This document shows positions 26,052 to 37,968 of a stretch of 64,000 nucleotides of DNA, in pieces (within the stretch, counting starts at the first letter, position 1; the number at the start of each line of letters is the position of its first letter). Below the pieces are notes generated by a model. The model was not told where the DNA came from. It did no database searches and saw nothing but the letters and a program-made list of their open reading frames with translations. The stretch is taken from positions 124,001-188,000 of the forward strand of contig OZ251228.1 of NCBI GenBank assembly GCA_965240325.2. Direction: 5' to 3'. This stretch comes from Rebecca billardiae RCC1528 (taxonomy: Eukaryota; Protista; Haptophyta). The position numbers and the translations under genes were made by a program.

Positions 26052-28449
26052 TGGCCCGCGGTGCAGGGCGGAGCGCGTAGCGTGGAGCCCCGCCGGGGGC
26101 CCTCACTACGTTGTCAAAAAGATCTTTTGATCAAAGAAAAGGGGATGGGGGACGATTTTGAGGGCTGTTGGAGGGTGAGTTTTCGATTTTTCGAGGGGTA
26201 CGTTGGCCCATAGTGCTCTGCATTAGCAACTACGCGCTTGACGAAATAAGCGCGCCCACGCCATTCCGCATAAGTCGATGGACGGACGTGGGATCAGATA
26301 CCCCGGGGGTGAAACAAGTGAGTATTTTTGTCCTTCTTGTATGCTGGAGTACGAGTTTGCCGAGCGACGTTTGATTGTTTTGGGTCGAAAACAGCTATGA
26401 GGCCAGATTCTTTTGAATAGCGCTTGCGAAAAGAAGTTACCCGCCTGTCTCGATGGATGAACCGCCTCATGGTATTGAAAGAGATTCTTTTGAATAGCGC
26501 TTTCAAACCAAGTTACCCACCTGTCTCGTTGGATGAACCTCCTCATCATATTGAAGAGATTCTTTTGAATAGCGCTATTTTAAGCCAGTTACCCGCTTGC
26601 CTCGATGGATGAACCGCCTTGATAATATTGAAAGATATTCTTTTGAATAGCGCTTGTCACAACCAAGTTACCCGCCTGTCAGCTGTCTCGTGCTCGCGAG
26701 CGGCGCGACGACATCGGCCCGAGCGAGGATGCCGCCTTCAAAGGCGCGCACCGAGTGCGTGCGCGACGGGTGCCGGCCGGCCGCTGGTCTCGACCTATCG
26801 CCCTCGGCCCTCCCCGAGCGCGCCTGCAGGTACCTCCGGACGCGCATTCGGCTTGCTCACTCGATCAGCTCACTCACAGCTGCCGGTCACGCAGCCGCGC
26901 GGCGGCCCCGCGACCAGGTCCGCGGCCCAAAGTGTGTGTGCGCGCCGCGCCGGTGCCCTCGCGCCGGTGGCGTGGGCTGGCTGGCCGCTGGTCTCGCCCA
27001 CGCGCCCCACTCGCCCCAAGCGCGCAACGCCTGCGGGAAGCGCCGGCACCATACCTACCTAACCTGCGCGTCGACGCCCGTCCCGCCGCGGCCCGCGCCT
27101 CGATCGATCGTCGATCGGACCGCGTGCGTGCGACTCCGTCCGCGCCCGCGCGCAGGGTGGGAGGGGCTGATGCAGGAGCAGATGCAGGACTACCTCGAAA
27201 TTGCACGCGACGAGGAGGTGCCCAGCGCGCACTTTACGCTGCGCGCATCATCGAGTGGTCGCCCAGCGAGCGCGGGCAGCCACCGGGCCGGCTGAGGGCG
27301 GGCGCAGCAGCGCAGCTGCCAGCTGCGGACGCGCAGCGGGCGCGGAGTGGAAGCCGGCGCAGCGGCCGGGCAGCGGCGGCCGGCGCGGCAGCACGCTCGT
27401 ATACATCGCGGCAGCTACCGCCGTCGTGCGGGGAAAGCACACGCTCTCGGCGGCTTCCAAGATGCCGACGGGCCACGGCGTGCACTCCGTGCAGGCTGCG
27501 TGCGCGCTGCAGTGGCTGTGTCGAGCTGCTGCGGCGTGTGCTCGAGGCGCGGCGCTCGCACGGGCTACGCGGGCGCAGCGGGTGCGCGCAGCTGGCGCAC
27601 GCAGTGCCACGTCCTGCGGCGCCAGTTTGGCGGCCGTCCGCCCCCCCGAGCTCGAGTTCTGCGCGCTTTGCGACGGCGCGGCCGGCAGCGCCCATCTGCC
27701 TGCTTGCTTGGGCACGCCAGCATGTCCGCCGCCGGGCCTGCTGCGCGCGCCGAAGCTGGAGGGCGGAGGAGGGCGCTGGGCTGCTCCTACGGCGTGCTGC
27801 AGCCCAGGCAGGCTCTACCGCGGCGCGGCGAGGCCGTCGCGCCTGCTCGCCGCCGTCGAGTCGCCCGTGCTGCGTGACCCTCGGCCGCACGTGCTCGCTC
27901 GGCGGCACCGCAGCAGGCGTCCCATACCAGTATACTCGAGCCGCTGTGCGCACCCAAGGCGCGAGCTGCTCGAGCGGGCCAGGTGGGCCCAGGGGGTGCG
28001 TGCAGCTGGCACACGCAGCCCCGGCCCGTGTCATGGGGTGTCGGTTTGACGGTCGCCAGCCCCTGTGGGCTCGAGCGCTGTGCGCTTCACCACGGAGGTG
28101 CTGGCAGCGCCCCGCGGCGCGCAACGGCGGGGCAGCATGGCCGCCGCCGGCGCCGCCGCACATGCCGCCGCTTACGGGCAGTCGAGAGCTTGGGGCAGCA
28201 CCTACGGCGCATGCTGCAGCTCGGGGCGGGCTCTGCCAGCCTGCTGTGGCGTGATCGCGCATTTTCCAGACCGTCGACTCGCCCGCGCTGCATAATATTC
28301 CATTATTCGTTTGCCGCGCGTGCTCGACGGCGCTCCGCGCTGCTGCTGCCGCTACGGCCGCGCGTTGGACGGACAGCATATGCCGACAGAGGGTGCACCG
28401 CGGGCCCCTAACTACGTTGGTTCTACGGAAGGACCGCGGAACGCGGTCA
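26052..28449 (+). mobile_element. Non-autonomous Helitron2/Helentron-like element, copy 2 (2398 bp)
   Basis: Starts TGGCCCGCGGTGCAGGGCGG; ends TGCACCGCGGGCCCCTAACTACGTTGGTTCTACGGAAGGACCGCGGAACGCGGTCA. Confidence 0.72.
26405..26680 (+). repeat. ~77-bp minisatellite, ~3.6 copies, inside element copy 2
   Basis: ATTCTTTTGAATAGCGCT at 26407, 26484, 26559, 26637, each followed by GTTACCC(G/A)C(C/T)TG; GGATGAACC follows in the first three units. Confidence 0.85.
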
Positions 28450-28482
28450 TTCTTAGTAAACTGTATACTAGCTACTACTTTA

Positions 28483-30924
28483 TGGCCCGCGGTGCAGGGC
28501 GGAGCGCGTAGCGTGGAGCCCCGCCGGGGGCCCTCACTACGTTGTCAAAAAGATCTTTTGATCAAAGAAAAGGGGACGGGGGACGATTTTTACGGTTGTT
28601 GGCTAGGGTGAGTTTTCGCTTTTTCGAGGGGTAGATAGCTCTCTATCGCAAGATGCGGTTGACGAAATAGGCGCGCCCGGACGTGAGTAATAAGAAAGAT
28701 CGAAGGCCGCTGGCCGTCACTTTGTCAGTAAAGTTTAGTCATCGTGTCATCGACGCTATTGAAAACTTGGTCGCCGGTCCAAGGGCCGTATTGTTTTGAC
28801 AAAGTGCATGTGCATGGGTCATATACTACGACTGTTTCAAACTGCATGTCGGCGTACCGAGCGCGCTGTTTGCCGGTTTGCATTATTTTGCGCACGCGGG
28901 GGTCATATTGAAAAAACCGTAGTAAGGCGGCGCTACCATCGGCGACGGCTTCATGGGCGGTGACAGTTGGCGGGCGTCAATCTCGCCTGCCTGAGCTGTG
29001 TGCGTCTCTTATTCTTAGTAAACTGTAATCACGCCTTAAGGTGGCACCTCCGGAACAGACGGCGGGAGGCAAGATGGCGAAGAAACAGCCCCGGCGTCGC
29101 GCTCGCTCGAGGCTCGGAGGCCCGTGCGAGCCGGCGGGGGCTCGAGCGGCACGGGGCGCACGTCGGGCGGGCAGACCATGCACGTGGGCCTTCCGAACCG
29201 CTCGCCGACGGCCTCGCTCCGCCGCTTCTCGCGCTCGCGAGCTGTGTCCGTGCGCGCGCGGTGGGCGGGCGTCGCGCAGCTCGACGCGAGGCGTCCACGG
29301 CGGAGATTGGGCCCAGCTGGGCGCTCGAACGGCTTCGACGTGCGGGGCCGGTCATGTACGTGCGCGCGCGCGCGCCGGAGCCGTCCGGCGACCTTGTGGT
29401 CGTGCTGCGGGAACGACGTCACACCCGGGCGGCACTGCGAGGTTCTGCGCGGGCCCATGTGCATGCATGTGCGCGAGGCGTGGGTGGGCTCGCGATGGCG
29501 GGGCGCGTTGGTCGAAGCTGCGCCATGGTCGTCGGTGCCGGCTAGGCGCCGACGGGCGCGCGCGGCGGTCCACTCGGGGCCACGCGGGCCGCCGGGAGCT
29601 CGTGCGCAGCCGCTCGGCCAGATAGGTGGCCCCGGCGACAGTCTGAACGAGGTCAGCACTTCACATTTCGACAAACTCCGCACCCCCGCTCGTGGTGGGC
29701 CACCATGCGGCGCACCAGGGGGTGCAAGCAAGCAGCCGTCCCGAGGATGGTCGACAAAGCACCCGTGGGCGAAGGAGGACCACAATCATGGCCGAGTCAT
29801 CGGAGACGTCGCTGACCTCGCGGCTTCAAACAATCAAACATCAACCGCTCAGCCGGTTGCCACCGCGGCCGAGCGGTGCGCGCTCGCCACCGCGGCCGGC
29901 GCTGCGCACGGGCGTGCTGAGCCCGGGCCGCGTGAGCTCGCCCACCTCGCCCGGCGCGCACGCCGACGCCGCCACCGCGGCTCGGCGGCCGGACTCATCT
30001 CGGCCCGCAGCGCTTGCGTCCCCCCGCGGCGGCGCGCGCCGCCGTCGCCGCCGCGCAGGCCGTGCACTCGGTGGATGAGGAGACGGCCCTGCTGCGCGCG
30101 GAGCGCTGCGCGCCGCGCGCTGCTCCTGCTGCGGCGCGCAGTAGTCCGCTCGTCCGCCCCGCGGGCTCGCCACGGAGCCGACGAGCGCGATGACGACAAT
30201 CGAATGAGCACGAGTGCGCACGGAGGCGCTGGGCGCCGAGCTGGCGAAGCGCGGCGCCGAGCTCGACGCGCTGCGCGACGCGGCGACGGACGCGCTGGGC
30301 GCGCGCGGCGCCCTCGTCGCGACGCCCCGTGCAGCAGCTCGAGCAGCCAGCTGTGGAGTAGACGGCCGTCGACTCGCGGAGGGCGCCACCGCGCCGGGTG
30401 AGTGAGCACGCACGGGCTCCGCCTCGGTCGGAGGCTGGCTGGCCGCCGCCGTGGCTTCGAGGCCGACGCGGCGGAGGAGGCGGCGGGCGAGCACGGTGGC
30501 GCGGTGGAGCAGGCGCGCACGCGCGGCGGCAGGCGCGACCCGCCGCTCGCCTCGTTCCACCCCGAGCTCCGCTCGGTCTCGCCTCTCGGTGCGCGGCTGC
30601 GCAGCGCCGTGAGCGCAGGCTGGGGCCGCTGGGGGTGGGGCCAGCAGAGTGGTGCGCGCTCTCGCTCTGCCGGCACGAGGCGCGCCGGCTGAGCGACCAG
30701 CGGCCCGTCGTCGAGCGCGTGGCGCAGCGCGAGCACCTCAAGGCAGGCTCGCCCTGCGCGCGCGCGCCGCTGCCCCGGCCGCCGTCCGTACTTCTTCGCG
30801 CGGGCCCGCGGCGACAGTCCTCATCGGCCCGCCATGTTGACCAGACTGAGACAGCAGCCGACGGAGGGTGCACCGCGGGCCCCTAACTACGTTGGTTCTA
30901 CGGAAGGACCGCGGAACGCGGTCA
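28483..30924 (+). mobile_element. Non-autonomous Helitron2/Helentron-like element, copy 3 (2442 bp)
   Basis: Same termini as copy 2; flanks A|TGGCCC...GGTCA|T; 33 bp downstream of copy 2. Confidence 0.72.
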
Positions 30925-32568
30925 TATTCTTATCCGTTTCAAACCGCGGATGACGTCATCATGAATGACGACGACTGCGCGACAGCGACTGATCAATGCT
31001 TATTACTATGTGCGAATCAAGGCCTATATGCAATATGGCCGGCCATGACCGATGATATTGGCCGCTAGGCTTATAAGCCGCTAGGCGGCCATGGCCGATG
31101 GTTAGCGGTCGACCATCCATCTCTGGCCGATGGGTATTGGCCGATGGCCGTCCGGCGGCCGGACCGCCGTAGGCCGCGCCGGAGCCCGGACGGCACGGCC
31201 ACGGCGCCGGCGCGTGATGGCCGCGTGAGTACGCCGCGCGGGCTGCAGCACTGTCCGACTTTGCACAGTCGTAGTTCGAGAGGGCGGCCCCAGGGCTCGG
31301 CCGACCCAACTGGTGGACTTGTTGAGCCCCAGTGGCGGTCTCGACCGAGCTTGGCAGGTGTGTGTGTGTGTGTGTGCCTGTGTGTGTTAATCTGATATAC
31401 TATATCAGTTACAGGCGACTATGTCTATTGCGCGATGTATTTGCCGATTCTGCGCGAGTGCGCGCCGGCCCGGCGAGTGAAGGACGCGAGGTGCAGCAGG
31501 TGGCGAGCCCGGCGAGACTCCGAGGGCGAGTCAGCGGCCACACCCGCGCCCGCGACCGCGCCCACGCCCGCGCCCACGACCCCTACGTCTGCCACGGCTC
31601 GCGCTTGCACTGCCAGCAGCGCTGCGGCATCGTCTCACGCAGACCACGTCTGCCGACGCGGCGACTGCGGCAGCCTCGCGGCGAGCGGACGAGCGGTGGC
31701 TGCCGCAGCACAGTAGTCGGCTGCAAGCAGCTTCTGCGACGAGATCATGCCCAGACAGAGTCAAGCCGACCTCGTTGGGGTACAGGCAATCGCGGGCAAT
31801 AAGAAGTCAGAGATCTCACGGCTAGCCTCGGTTTCTTAGCCGTTCGGTAGCCCGAGCGCCTACGGAGTCTCAGTTTCTTAGCTAGGTCCGCCCGCCGCGC
31901 AGGCGCGGGGGGCGCAGGGGGGCAGAGCCCCCCGCTGAGTCTTTAGGCCCGGCCGGCGAGGCCGACGAAAATTTTGGGCTTTTTTGGAGCAAATCTGGCA
32001 TGCTGTTGCATGGATGCTGCGGTGCACTGGCCAGGAGTCAGTCATGACTGTCATCAGGAAAAGTCGGGACTTGGCCTGTACTCGTAGTCGGGCCGCGCGC
32101 CGCGTCCCCGACGGGCCGACTGCGCCTCGCCCCTCGGCGGACCACTCGTCAGCCGGGACGACGTAGTCCCGGTTTCTTAGTGTGACTATGCGTATAGCGA
32201 ACCAGCCAATCGCTAGCCTCAGTTTCTAGGCCAGATCCGCAGATAGCAAGCCCCAGTTTCTTAACGTGACAGCTCCTTATTGCCCGCGATTGCCTGTACC
32301 ATACGTTCTGCCCGAGTGGTGAATAATCTTTTGCCGAAAAAGAAAAAGGGATGAATGAATATATATGTGTATTCATTTATTCGTTTATTCGTCGTAGTCC
32401 GGGCCACTGGCCGATGAACGGGCAAAAGTGGGCATCCTGTGGCCGACGGGTTGGCCGACGCCCGTCGAGGCTTGATTCGCACACTACAGCAATGCTAAGC
32501 GCCTAAGCGCTAGTGATGATGATGATCTGATCGCGGTCATATAGCTCGTCTGCTAGTGTGTGTGTGTG

Positions 32569-32672
<104 letters not shown>

Positions 32673-33240
32673 CCGTCCTCGATCGGACTCGGGGACTATA
32701 CCGTTTACGGCGGGCTATACGCCGCGACTCCGCGAGGCGAGCTCCGGAGTCGAGCGCGTCATGTGCAGCGCACGCCGCCGCCAGCTCAGAGCTTGACGCC
32801 GCTGAGCCGTAGCCGCGCCGCACGCCACCATGCTGCCGCGCAGTCCACTGATCAGGGTGATGCGCACTCAGCCTCCCCGAATGCAGTCGCAACAGGGTGA
32901 GGCCCGCTGCAGACTCTGCAGAGGCAGTGGCTGGCCGCGGCAGGCGTGCGACACCGAGGCTCTCAGCGAGGGCGCGAGCCGCGTGCCCAAGTGCACCAGC
33001 TCGTCCGGACGATCGCCGAGGCCGGCGCCATCACCATGCCACCACAGCATTACAGTCGCCATCGATGCCGTCGAGGCCCTTGACGCGACGTGGCGATGCG
33101 CGCACGAGATCAGTCGCAGCTCCGAGACCAGCCAGCGGCCGGGCGCGGGGCGGATGGGCCCACCACCGCCCAGGCCCGGCAGCCGCCGCGCCCAGGCGTG
33201 GCCCGTGGGAGCGAAACGTCCGGCCGGCGGCGCGCGCGCG

Positions 33241-35307
33241 TCACCACTCGTCAAAGCTGTCGTTGTCGTCGTCGCTCGCCACCTTGGGCGCAGGCGGCGG
33301 CGGGGCTGCGCGTTCTGCTGCCGACGTCGTGGCGGCCGCGCCCGCGCCTGTCGTCCGCCTCGCGTGCAGCGAGCGCGAGCCGGTCGACGAGTTGGAGTCC
33401 ACCTTGGAGATGGCCACGGGCGGGGATGGGTTGCGTTGCCTGTGGTGCGAGCTGTCGCCGTTGGCCGGCTGCCGCGGAGGGGGCGGGGTGTCGGGGCAAG
33501 GGGCGGGTGCGTGCCCGCTGAGTGGCGCCGGTCGCGGGGTGCCGCCGATGGCGCGGCCCGCGGGCGGGCGGCATTGCGGGCGGCAGGCTTGGGGCGGTGG
33601 GGACGAGCCGCGCGAGGGCGGCGGTCGGCGCGCACACACCTGCCGCCCGTTCCCATCCAAGCCCATCCCTCCCCAGTGGCCAGAGCCCTCGTCCGCGCCG
33701 CGCAGCCCGCGCCCAGAGCCGTCGCCGTCCGCTGCGCCGCTCGCGCCCGCGTCCGCCTCGTCCGAGCCAAAGCCACCGAACCCCGCAAAGCCCGCGCCCC
33801 CCGCATCCTCGGGCTCGCCGTCGCGCACGCGCAGGTGCGCCAGGTCGCGCCCCACGTCGAAGCTCACCGCATCCTGCACCACACTCAGCGCGCCGCCAGA
33901 GTAGGCACTGCGAGAGGCGTGCGCGGCGCGGCGTGCGCGGCGCGGCGGCGGCCGGGTGGGCACGGAGGAGACGGGGTGAGGGGGCGGCGAGGTGAGTGCC
34001 GCGCCGAGTGCGTGGGCTCGCGGCTGGCGCGCGAGGCCAGGGCCGGTGACGCGCACGGTTGCGCGCGCGCACGCGAGATTCGTGCCCAGATTGCTCACGA
34101 GCGGGCGCGTGCTCTCGACCGAGCGCTGCACCAGAGGCGCCGCGCTGCTCACAACCTGAGCGAGCCGCAGCCAGCACGCGGCGCACGCGCGCGGCCGCGG
34201 CGGCGTGGTAAGGGCAGCCGCGCGCGCGCAGGGCGAGCGTCGGCCTCGGGGCCGGCGCGCGCTCGCGCTCGGCGCGCGCTCGGCGCGCGCTCGGCCGCGC
34301 ACCTGCGAGGTCACGTTCTGCGTGACGCCCCACAGGCCTGAGAGGGCGCCTGAGAAGAGCCCGCTGCCGCCCGCCCAGCTCCCCTCTGGCTGCGCCTCAA
34401 AGTGCGGGTTGCCAAAGCCCTTCATCGTGCCGGTGGAGTAGGCGCCCGATTCAATCTTGGGCGGGGCCGCGGGCTCGGCGGGCCGCGGCTCGCCCGGCTG
34501 CGCGTCGTGCTCCTCCCAGTCACTGTGCTCGCCCCAGCCGTCGCCCCCGCCCGCACCGGCGGCCCTCGCGGCCGCGGCCGCGGCCGCGGCGGCGCCGGCG
34601 CCTTTTCGGAAGAGCTGGCGCTCGTACTTGTCGCGGATGAAGCGGTCAAGTACGGGCGTCTGGTTGTCCGCGTCCGTCGCGGTGGGCAGCTGGTACCCAG
34701 CGGGCAGCTCGGCCTGCCATTCCTCGTTCACGCGCTTGTTGCCCCACGCCTGCGCAACGCAAGCTCCGGATACACGCGCGCGCGCGCGCGCGCGCGCGCG
34801 AGCGGCCATGGCCGCCTGAGCGAGGGCGCGGCGGGCGCGTGGGTGGCGCGCGGCGCGGCGCCACCCGCCCGCCCGCCCGCGCGCCCAGCGCCCTCCCTCT
34901 CTCTCCGCGCGCCCGGCCGCACGCACCGCCATGTGGTCGAGCCAGTCGTCGTTGAGCGCGTCCATGTTGACCGAGCGCACCTTCGAGATGTGCACGCCGA
35001 GGTTGCGGTGGATGCCGGAGCACGGGAGGCAGATGAACGCGCCGATGTTGATTGTGAGCCACCGCGGGCCTGCGCGCCGCGCGGCAGGGGACGATGGTGG
35101 CGTCAGTGCCGCGCGGCGGAGGCGCGAGCGCCATCCGCGCGCTCGCGCACCGTCTGCCGCGCGCGAGCGCGCGCAGCGCGCACCGTGCAGCGGGCAGTCG
35201 GCGCAGATGGCATTCTCCGGCAGCTTGGCGAGGGTCTCGATCCGTTCACGGTTGCGCGCGCCCTCCTCCGGCGAGGCCTTGTACGCGGACAGGCTGGTGG
35301 ATGCCAT
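33241..35307 (-). CDS. ADP-ribosylation factor GTPase-activating protein (ArfGAP)
   Basis: [61 protein letters not shown]. Introns 35070-35183, 34750-34926, probably 34156-34302 and 33908-34072; 3' exon structure less certain. Confidence 0.9.
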   Translation of the reverse strand: MASTSLSAYKASPEEGARNRERIETLAKLPENAICADCPLHGARCARSRAADGARARGWRSRLRRAALTPPSSPAARRAGPRWLTINIGAFICLPCSGIHRNLGVHISKVRSVNMDALNDDWLDHMAVRAAGRAEREGGRWARGRAGGWRRAARHPRARRALAQAAMAARARARARARVSGACVAQAWGNKRVNEEWQAELPAGYQLPTATDADNQTPVLDRFIRDKYERQLFRKGAGAAAAAAAAARAAGAGGGDGWGEHSDWEEHDAQPGEPRPAEPAAPPKIESGAYSTGTMKGFGNPHFEAQPEGSWAGGSGLFSGALSGLWGVTQNVTSQVRGRARAERAPSASARRPRGRRSPCARAAALTTPPRPRACAACWLRLAQVVSSAAPLVQRSVESTRPLVSNLGTNLACARATVRVTGPGLARQPRAHALGAALTSPPPHPVSSVPTRPPPRRARRAAHASRSAYSGGALSVVQDAVSFDVGRDLAHLRVRDGEPEDAGGAGFAGFGGFGSDEADAGASGAADGDGSGRGLRGADEGSGHWGGMGLDGNGRQVCARRPPPSRGSSPPPQACRPQCRPPAGRAIGGTPRPAPLSGHAPAPCPDTPPPPRQPANGDSSHHRQRNPSPPVAISKVDSNSSTGSRSLHARRTTGAGAAATTSAAERAAPPPPAPKVASDDDNDSFDEW

Positions 35308-35556
35308 GGACGCCTCCCAGCCAACGCCAAAATGCACCGTCGCCACCCTGCCGCGGGCGATTTTTGCGCCCGGGCTTTTTCGCGAGGCAATATGATGAAG
35401 AAATCCAAGAAATATCCTCGCCTTGGCGGGAGCGCGCGCGGCGCGCGCGCGAGCAGCTGCGCCCAAGCAAGGGTTGGCCCAGGGCAGGGTGGTCGCTGCC
35501 CACCGGCGGCGGTGGCGGGCGGACTGGGCGGCACGGCTCACTGCGCGGGGGCGCCC

Positions 35557-37725
35557 ATGGCGACGACCACGAGAGTGCACACGGCCCGCACGCCGGCGAG
35601 CCTGCCGCCGCGTGCAGCGGCATGCGCACGCACGTCTCCCTCCGACGGCGCCTTCCAGCTCGCCCTCGGCGACTCGTGCGCGCAGGTCGCCGTGCGCGCG
35701 CCCGTGCGCCACGGAGCGTGCGTGCTCGTGGGCGATGCATCCGGGGCGGTCTTCGAGGCGAGCGGGACAGCGCGGGGCGCGGAGCGCGTGCTCGAGCATG
35801 GCGAGGCGATCGTGGCGCTCATCCCCCTGCCCGACACCGCGTGCCGCCCGTGGGGCACGTGCGTCCTCGCCGTGGGCGCGCTGGGCGCCGTGGCAGTGCT
35901 GCAGCTGCATGCGGACGACGCGTCGCGCGCCGCACCGCCCGCGCCCGCCGCCTCGGGCCTGCCGTGCTTCTGCGACAGCGCGCTGCGCTTCGAGCTGCAC
36001 ATGCCCACGCGCGGTGCCGCGTGCGCCCTTCGGCCCCGCCGTGCCGGCGCCCACGACGCGGCGGCGGAGGAGGCGGCCGCGCGCGGTGGCCCCTCGGAGC
36101 GCGGCGGCGCCGGCGGCGCGGGCGGGCGGGCCGCCGCACAGAGCGCCGAGCGAGCCGTCGGGAGCGACATGAGCGCGTGCGAGTGGCAGCTGCTCGTGCT
36201 CGACGGCTGGGGCGCGCTGCACGCGCTCCCGCTGCGCACGCTCGCGCGGCTGCAGAGCCCAAGTCAAGGCGGGGCCGCGCGCGCGAGCGCGGGCGACGCG
36301 GCGCTCGAAGCGCGCGCGCACGCGCACGGCTCGGCGCAGCCGAGGCGCGGCACGGCGCTCAGCGTGCCGCGCGCGGCGCTAAGCCGAGTGCACACGCGGG
36401 CGCCGTGCGTCGCCCTCGCCCAAGCCCGCGGCGCACCACCCTCCGCCACCGCCGCGCCCGCGCCGCCCCCCGGCCCCGCACCCTGCGCAGTCGCGCTGCT
36501 CGCCGACGGTTCCAAATGGAACCTTTGCGCTTCCGAATGGAACCTTTGCGCGCCTCTGGAAGTGGTGCCGGAGGTGCCGGGGGTGCGCGGCGCACAGCGC
36601 CCGGCTCGCGTGCTGGGCGGCGCGGGCGCGAGCGCGGGCTCGCCCGTCGCGCCGCGCACGCGCGCTCCTGCAGGCGCCCCCGAGCCGTCCGCGCGCGTGC
36701 CCGCCTCCCTCCGCCTCGTCGCCGCGTCCGGCCGCACCCTCGCAGAGGCCAAGCGCGCGCGCACGCGCGCGTTCGGCCTCGGCCATGCGGCGGCGACGGG
36801 TCTGGCCGAGGCGCGCGCGCTCGCGGCGGAGGGCACGGGCCGGCGCGTGCGCACGGACGGGCCGGCCGCGCCGCCGCCGCCGGTGCCGCCGCCCGTCGCT
36901 GGCCTGCGCGCCAGCGCTGCGCAGTCGGACGACGGCGCCGCGCTGGCGCGCTGGCTGCTGTGTCGGGTGGCGCTGCGCCCTGCTGCGGCTCTGCTCGGCA
37001 CCGATGGCGCTGACGGCGGCGCGGCGCGGGGCGGCGCGGGGCGGCGCGGTGTGCGCGAGGGCGGGGCCGCGTGCGCGCCGTGCGCCGCGGCGCTGCGCTT
37101 CAGCTCCGCGCAGCTGCGCCCAGCCGCCGCAGATGGCGGCGGCGACAGCTTCAGCGCGCGCGGCGCGGCACAGGAGAGCGCAGCGGCGGCGCGCGCGGCC
37201 GCGGTGGGCGCGCTCGGCGCGGACGGCGCCGCCGTGCGCGCGGATGCGCTGCTCTGCTACGCCGTGCACGGGCACGCGCGCGAGCCCTCATGCTCGACGG
37301 CGGTGCACACCGCCACCGCTCGCGCGCGCCCGCTGAGCGGGCGCGCGCACCAGCCAGCCTCTGATGCGGCACTGCACGCCGCCGCGGCGGCCATCGTGCG
37401 CTCGGCCGGCGGCGCGCCGCCGTCCGCGCCGGCACCCGGGCTGCTGCCGCCCGCGCCGCGGCCCGCGCCGGCCACGCACGAGCCGCGCGCCGCGCAGCCG
37501 CCCGCGCTGCTCGCGCGGTGCCGCCGGCTGCTGCAGGCCCTCGTGCGCGCGCAGGCGGCGCTGAGCGACCAGGCCGCCGAGGCGGAGCGGCTGCGCCAGC
37601 TGCGCGACGCCGGCGCGCGGGTCGACGCGCGCGCGTGCGCGCTCGCGCACGAACTCACAGCCGAGTGGTGTCGAGCGCGCGCGCTGCTGCGGGGCGATGG
37701 CACCGAGATCGAGCAGGCTCCGTAG
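35557..37725 (+). CDS. Hypothetical Ala-rich protein, possible N-terminal beta-propeller-like strands and C-terminal coiled coil
   Basis: Long open frame divergent from ArfGAP; '[13 protein letters not shown]', '[14 protein letters not shown]', '[13 protein letters not shown]'. No recognised family. Confidence 0.5.
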   Translation: MATTTRVHTARTPASLPPRAAACARTSPSDGAFQLALGDSCAQVAVRAPVRHGACVLVGDASGAVFEASGTARGAERVLEHGEAIVALIPLPDTACRPWGTCVLAVGALGAVAVLQLHADDASRAAPPAPAASGLPCFCDSALRFELHMPTRGAACALRPRRAGAHDAAAEEAAARGGPSERGGAGGAGGRAAAQSAERAVGSDMSACEWQLLVLDGWGALHALPLRTLARLQSPSQGGAARASAGDAALEARAHAHGSAQPRRGTALSVPRAALSRVHTRAPCVALAQARGAPPSATAAPAPPPGPAPCAVALLADGSKWNLCASEWNLCAPLEVVPEVPGVRGAQRPARVLGGAGASAGSPVAPRTRAPAGAPEPSARVPASLRLVAASGRTLAEAKRARTRAFGLGHAAATGLAEARALAAEGTGRRVRTDGPAAPPPPVPPPVAGLRASAAQSDDGAALARWLLCRVALRPAAALLGTDGADGGAARGGAGRRGVREGGAACAPCAAALRFSSAQLRPAAADGGGDSFSARGAAQESAAAARAAAVGALGADGAAVRADALLCYAVHGHAREPSCSTAVHTATARARPLSGRAHQPASDAALHAAAAAIVRSAGGAPPSAPAPGLLPPAPRPAPATHEPRAAQPPALLARCRRLLQALVRAQAALSDQAAEAERLRQLRDAGARVDARACALAHELTAEWCRARALLRGDGTEIEQAP

Positions 37726-37968
37726 CCGACCGGCGGCTGGCCCGCGGCAACGCCGCCGCGCACTGTGGCGCGCGCCAGCATGCCAGTCGTCAGTCGTCAC
37801 TTCTTGAGCACGGTGTCTCAGTCGGAGTCAGCGCATTGCAGCAGCGGCAGGGCCGCTGCCAGGACGGTCAGTCTCAGGCTCAGTAGCCTATAATATTATT
37901 CATATCTATGAGTTTACTCCCTAGGGCCTAGCTACAGATCGTCGTCTATATATATATATATATATATA

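Noticed and set aside
26405-26680. CRISPR-like array
   Set aside because: Variable segments are only ~10 nt, repeats are degenerate, no cas genes, eukaryotic context.
27440-27630. Possible RING-finger remnant (KMPTGHGVHSVQAACALQWL) in element copy 2 cargo
   Set aside because: Too few correctly spaced Cys/His residues to support a call.
35557-36250. Resemblance of the hypothetical protein N-terminus to FAAP100/WD40 strands
   Set aside because: Only a vague pattern; needs a profile search.
36510-36552. 21-bp tandem duplication ([13 protein letters not shown]) in the hypothetical ORF; also 21-bp x3 in the intron at ~49746-49809
   Set aside because: Ordinary slippage duplications with no further structure.
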